Under the pieces are notes generated by a model that was given only the letters and a program-made list of their open reading frames with translations, did no database searches and was not told the origin of the DNA. Source: Nitrospinota bacterium (GTDB lineage Bacteria; UBA8248). From it: DNA of 64,000 nucleotides. Below are positions 60,662 to 64,000 of the stretch, piece by piece; the first letter of the stretch is position 1; each line of letters opens with the position of its first letter. The DNA is taken from contig JAZAHK010000003.1 of assembly GCA_036231405.1 (NCBI GenBank), positions 64,001-128,000 on the forward strand, given 5' to 3'. Position numbers and translations under genes: made by a program.

Positions 60662-62377
60662 TTATGGATTAGTAATCATTGGTTTTTCTTCTGATTGTTC
60701 TGGTCGTTTTTCTTTCTCTTCTTTCGTAGGACTTTTTTGTTCACTTAAACTTTTTGACCATGCTAAAACTGTGGAACGAACGATTCCAACAAAGAAAGAA
60801 GGAGGTGACTTATGACTGACTAACTCATTTGCCAATTTGAAACATTCACTAGAAAAATCAATCTTCTCTAATTGGTAGTACAAGTACGAATTTTCCTCTA
60901 ATTGAGTAGCCAATCTTCTTAAATAGGTCTTATCTTCATAGATTTTATTTGCAGCACTTTCTATGATCTGATCCAAACGGTCATTTTTTTGTTTTTCATC
61001 AAGTGCCACATTACTATTCAAAGAATCTATATAAGATTGGACATAAGATCGAATGAACTGGTCATCAATATACCAGCCTTTAAAGAGTTTATCATTTAAA
61101 ATAACATCAGCATCAATTCTCTCATCATCTTTTGAAAAAGTATTTGTCATTCCTCTAATTGGGTGACTAGTCAAATCAGATAATTTATTGAAATTCGAAT
61201 CTGAGTCGAGTAACATTTTTGCTTTCGTAAAACCACTGGGTGGTGTTACTCCAAGTTTTTCATTTTCTAGTTGTGCTCTTTCCAACAACCAAAATCCATA
61301 GGAAATTGGAATCTCCACTGTGGTCATTAAATCTTGCTCTTCTATTTTTGATAAAAAATTTCTGATTTCCTTCGACGTAGTTTCAACCAAAGACAAATCC
61401 TCTATTCCCGATTCAGTCTTTAAATTAAATTCTGCTAGATAACGACCCTTTGGCTTTTTTGATCGAGCAATCCATAGAATTTTTCTCCCCGATCCATCAG
61501 TTGAACTACAAATTGCTTTAGAAAAATCTTCTTCTTGAAAATTTTTCAAAGAAGAAGATTCATTTTTTATTATTTTAGTTTTGACAGAAATACCTTTTTT
61601 TTCTAAACGAAAAATACTCTTTCGTAGAAGTGATTTAAATTTCTTGTTTGAAGATTTTTCATTGAGATTTGCGAGAAAAATAGCACCTTCTTCGCTACCG
61701 AGAGATACTACTAGATTCACTAAATCAGTAGAGAAAATCTGAGTTTTCTCAAAAATATCTTCAAAAAGACGAAAAAATTTATGTAGAGACCCGGAATCTG
61801 CTTTGTCTATAACTTGACGAAAAATTAGGTATTGCGAATCATGAGATAAGCCGTGGATATCTTCCATTAGAACATTGTTTTCTTCTTTGTTCAGTTCATG
61901 GTTATTTAATAAAAGAACTATATTTTTTGAAATATTCGCTAAATTTTCATCACTTAAGTCCTTAGGAATCTCACAATCGGGAGCAAGAAACAAGATTGTG
62001 TCACGTAAAGATTTCAATAACTCTGGTGGCCATCTAAAAGAAAGTGCAAGATCAAGCAGTTCAGGAACGATTTTCTCATTATTGAGTTCCTTAATAGCAA
62101 GAAGTGAAGAAGTAACCCCATCGACATTCGTAAAATTTAGATGCTCTATCATTCCTTTTAAACCCGCATTCCCTAATTCTTCAATTTCTTCAAGTAAAGG
62201 CGCCGGGACCATAGCTTCAGGTGGCATAGGGGATGTAAACGATTTCTCAAGAGCAATTGCTATAGTTCTCGCTCTTCTGAGGTCATCTCTTGACATTTCA
62301 TTCTTCTTAGATTTTTTCAATTCTTTTTTTATAATCGAACCCTCAAACTTAAAAAGTGAAAATACAAATTTATACAA
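60662..62377 (-). CDS. large hypothetical protein (helical/HEAT-like N-terminal half)
   Basis: 571-aa ORF; start uncertain (possibly 62296). Confidence 0.7.
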   Translation of the reverse strand: MYKFVFSLFKFEGSIIKKELKKSKKNEMSRDDLRRARTIAIALEKSFTSPMPPEAMVPAPLLEEIEELGNAGLKGMIEHLNFTNVDGVTSSLLAIKELNNEKIVPELLDLALSFRWPPELLKSLRDTILFLAPDCEIPKDLSDENLANISKNIVLLLNNHELNKEENNVLMEDIHGLSHDSQYLIFRQVIDKADSGSLHKFFRLFEDIFEKTQIFSTDLVNLVVSLGSEEGAIFLANLNEKSSNKKFKSLLRKSIFRLEKKGISVKTKIIKNESSSLKNFQEEDFSKAICSSTDGSGRKILWIARSKKPKGRYLAEFNLKTESGIEDLSLVETTSKEIRNFLSKIEEQDLMTTVEIPISYGFWLLERAQLENEKLGVTPPSGFTKAKMLLDSDSNFNKLSDLTSHPIRGMTNTFSKDDERIDADVILNDKLFKGWYIDDQFIRSYVQSYIDSLNSNVALDEKQKNDRLDQIIESAANKIYEDKTYLRRLATQLEENSYLYYQLEKIDFSSECFKLANELVSHKSPPSFFVGIVRSTVLAWSKSLSEQKSPTKEEKEKRPEQSEEKPMITNP

Positions 62378-62464
62378 AACTTAAGAAATGATACCATTCC
62401 AAGTAGTTTTTTGGAATAAAATGTAACCTGCATTCTATCCTTACAAAATCTAACAGAGGTTTTT

Positions 62465-63253
62465 TTGACTGATTCGATTTTTTTTGATGTTGCGTTTAGC
62501 TATTCGGACGTTGAAGACCATATTAATGCAATGAAAACAAGATGCAAAATTAAACATAAAGAAGTTAACTGTGCAGTCGTGGATGTTCTGCGAGCTACCA
62601 CAACTATTATTTCTTCCTTACATAATGGTTGTTCTGAAATTTATCCAGTGGCATCTAGAAATGCTGCAATTGTCAAAACACGAGAACTGAAAAAGAAGCA
62701 CATAAACAAAAAAATTCTACTAGCTGGAGAAAAAAATGGTAAAGCGATAAAGGGTTTCGATCTAGGGAATTCTCCTTCAAACTTCAAACGTGAAATAGTA
62801 AGAAATAAGATTATTATTATGTCTACTAGCAATGGGACAAAAGCAATTAACGCCGTAAAAAAACAGGAGAACGTGTTTCTTTTTTCCTTAGCCAATTTAA
62901 GTGCAGTTGCTAAATCTATAATTTCACCCATCATCAAAAACCATAATCTTTTGGTTGTATGTTCTGGTAGCGAAAGAAAATATTGCGAAGAAGATTCTAT
63001 AACTTCTGGACTACTTATCCAAAAACTAATCAGTCTTTTAGACTTAGAACAATTCGTTTGTTCTGATAGCACTAAGGCATGCTTGCATATTGCAAACTCT
63101 TATAAAAAAAACATCCTTCAAGCTTTTAAAAACTGCTCATGGGGAGAACATTTAATTCAATTAGGATTGAAAGGAGATTTAGAGTTCTGCTCTAAAATGG
63201 ACTGGTCTAATGTCGTTCCCAAGTTAAAAAATGGGATAGTAATTTCAAGCTAA
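62465..63253 (+). CDS. comB: 2-phosphosulfolactate phosphatase family protein
   Basis: VDVLRATTTI, AGEKNG, FDLGNSP, STSNGT, CEED. Confidence 0.85.
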   Translation: MTDSIFFDVAFSYSDVEDHINAMKTRCKIKHKEVNCAVVDVLRATTTIISSLHNGCSEIYPVASRNAAIVKTRELKKKHINKKILLAGEKNGKAIKGFDLGNSPSNFKREIVRNKIIIMSTSNGTKAINAVKKQENVFLFSLANLSAVAKSIISPIIKNHNLLVVCSGSERKYCEEDSITSGLLIQKLISLLDLEQFVCSDSTKACLHIANSYKKNILQAFKNCSWGEHLIQLGLKGDLEFCSKMDWSNVVPKLKNGIVISS

Positions 63254-63264
63254 ACTTCTTTTTT

Positions 63265-63999
63265 TTAAAAAATCTTCTCCAATGAGCCTTCAAAATCTTC
63301 TCTAGAATTTTCCATATGAAAATGAATAAAGAATTCCCTATTCCCTTTAGTTCCAAGAATAGGACTGTCTGTAACGTTACATGGAGAAATGCCCAAACCA
63401 ATTGATTCCTTCCAAATATTCCTTAAAACTTCCCTGTGTAATTTCTCATCTCGAACAATTCCACCCTTACCGACTCTATTTTTACCAACTTCAAACTGAG
63501 GTTTTACAAGAGCAACAATTTCGTTAGGAAAAGAAATAAGTTTATGAATTACGGGAAGAATTTTCATTAGTGAAATAAACGAAACATCAATAACGGCAAG
63601 TTCAAAATTTATGTCACAATCTAATGAATTTAAAATCTCTCTATTTAAAAATCTAGCATTAACACCCTCTAAAATACTCACTTTACCATCATTTCTTAAA
63701 CCCCAATCGAGCAATCCTTTCCCTACATCAACACAAACAACATGAGTTACTCCTCTTCTAAGCAGAACATCCGTGAAGCCACCCGTAGATGAACCAACAT
63801 CTATGCAGGATTTTGAGATCGTATCAATATCGAAGAATTCCAATGCATGAAAAAGTTTTTCACCACCCCTGCTTACAAATTCTCGCTTACTGTCAGAAAC
63901 AGAAATAACAGAATCAACATCATAGGAATGACCAACTTTATCAACCACATAACCGTTGACTGTAACTCTTCCAGATAGGATGAGTCTCTTAGCACGCTC
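63265..63999 (-). CDS. tlyA: TlyA family RNA methyltransferase (5' end beyond the window)
   Basis: S4 domain ERAKRLILSGRVTV, VSRGGEKL, GSSTGGFT, DVSFISL, LVKPQFE, GNREF. Confidence 0.95.
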   Translation of the reverse strand, partial: ERAKRLILSGRVTVNGYVVDKVGHSYDVDSVISVSDSKREFVSRGGEKLFHALEFFDIDTISKSCIDVGSSTGGFTDVLLRRGVTHVVCVDVGKGLLDWGLRNDGKVSILEGVNARFLNREILNSLDCDINFELAVIDVSFISLMKILPVIHKLISFPNEIVALVKPQFEVGKNRVGKGGIVRDEKLHREVLRNIWKESIGLGISPCNVTDSPILGTKGNREFFIHFHMENSREDFEGSLEKIF

Positions 64000-64000
64000 T

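Noticed and set aside
62465-63253. Coenzyme M biosynthesis suggested by comB
   Set aside because: ComB-family phosphatases are widespread in bacteria without CoM; no comA/C/D/E in the window
1-64000. Numerous 60-185 aa antisense/overlapping ORFs in the track; CRISPR arrays; IS elements
   Set aside because: The short ORFs are shadows of well-supported genes with no motifs; no regularly spaced repeats, transposases or terminal inverted repeats were seen

Overview
Gene-dense, low-GC (about 35% by eye) bacterial chromosome segment from a probably diderm, aerobic heterotroph. A streamlined marine lineage is my guess; taxonomy cannot be fixed from this window. I found no CRISPR, IS, integrase or phage genes. 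Main blocks: (1) 564-10825, a minus-strand catabolic cluster with a creatininase-family amidohydrolase, a CUT1 ABC transporter whose permease/binding-protein genes look GC-richer, two non-canonical acyl-CoA dehydrogenases, a 3-hydroxyacyl-CoA dehydrogenase and an MBL hydrolase. (2) 16346-23062, a complete coenzyme F420 biosynthesis operon: cofG (apparent CTG start), cofH, an embedded FrhB/FpoF-like ferredoxin-F420 oxidoreductase, a stand-alone nitroreductase, cofD, cofC and cofE, followed directly by a CdaA-YbbR fused diadenylate cyclase. (3) Nitrogen assimilation genes: amtB without glnK, and gltBD. (4) metF, a peroxiredoxin and a Fe/Mn SOD with motifs resembling thaumarchaeal SODs. (5) Divergent tRNA-Lys(TTT) and tRNA-Thr(CGT). 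(6) 39853-47999, an acyl-CoA processing cluster with a tandem-CMD protein, an atypical GGT, a quinone reductase, two hotdog (MaoC) pairs, an NDP-forming acyl-CoA synthetase and an SDR. (7) Housekeeping genes fumC, acnA, rlmN, nth, comB-like and tlyA, plus an F420-dependent LLM oxidoreductase. Best candidates for undescribed biology are the F420 make-and-recharge operon and the two orphan catabolic clusters. All assignments come from motif recognition by eye; no searches were run.
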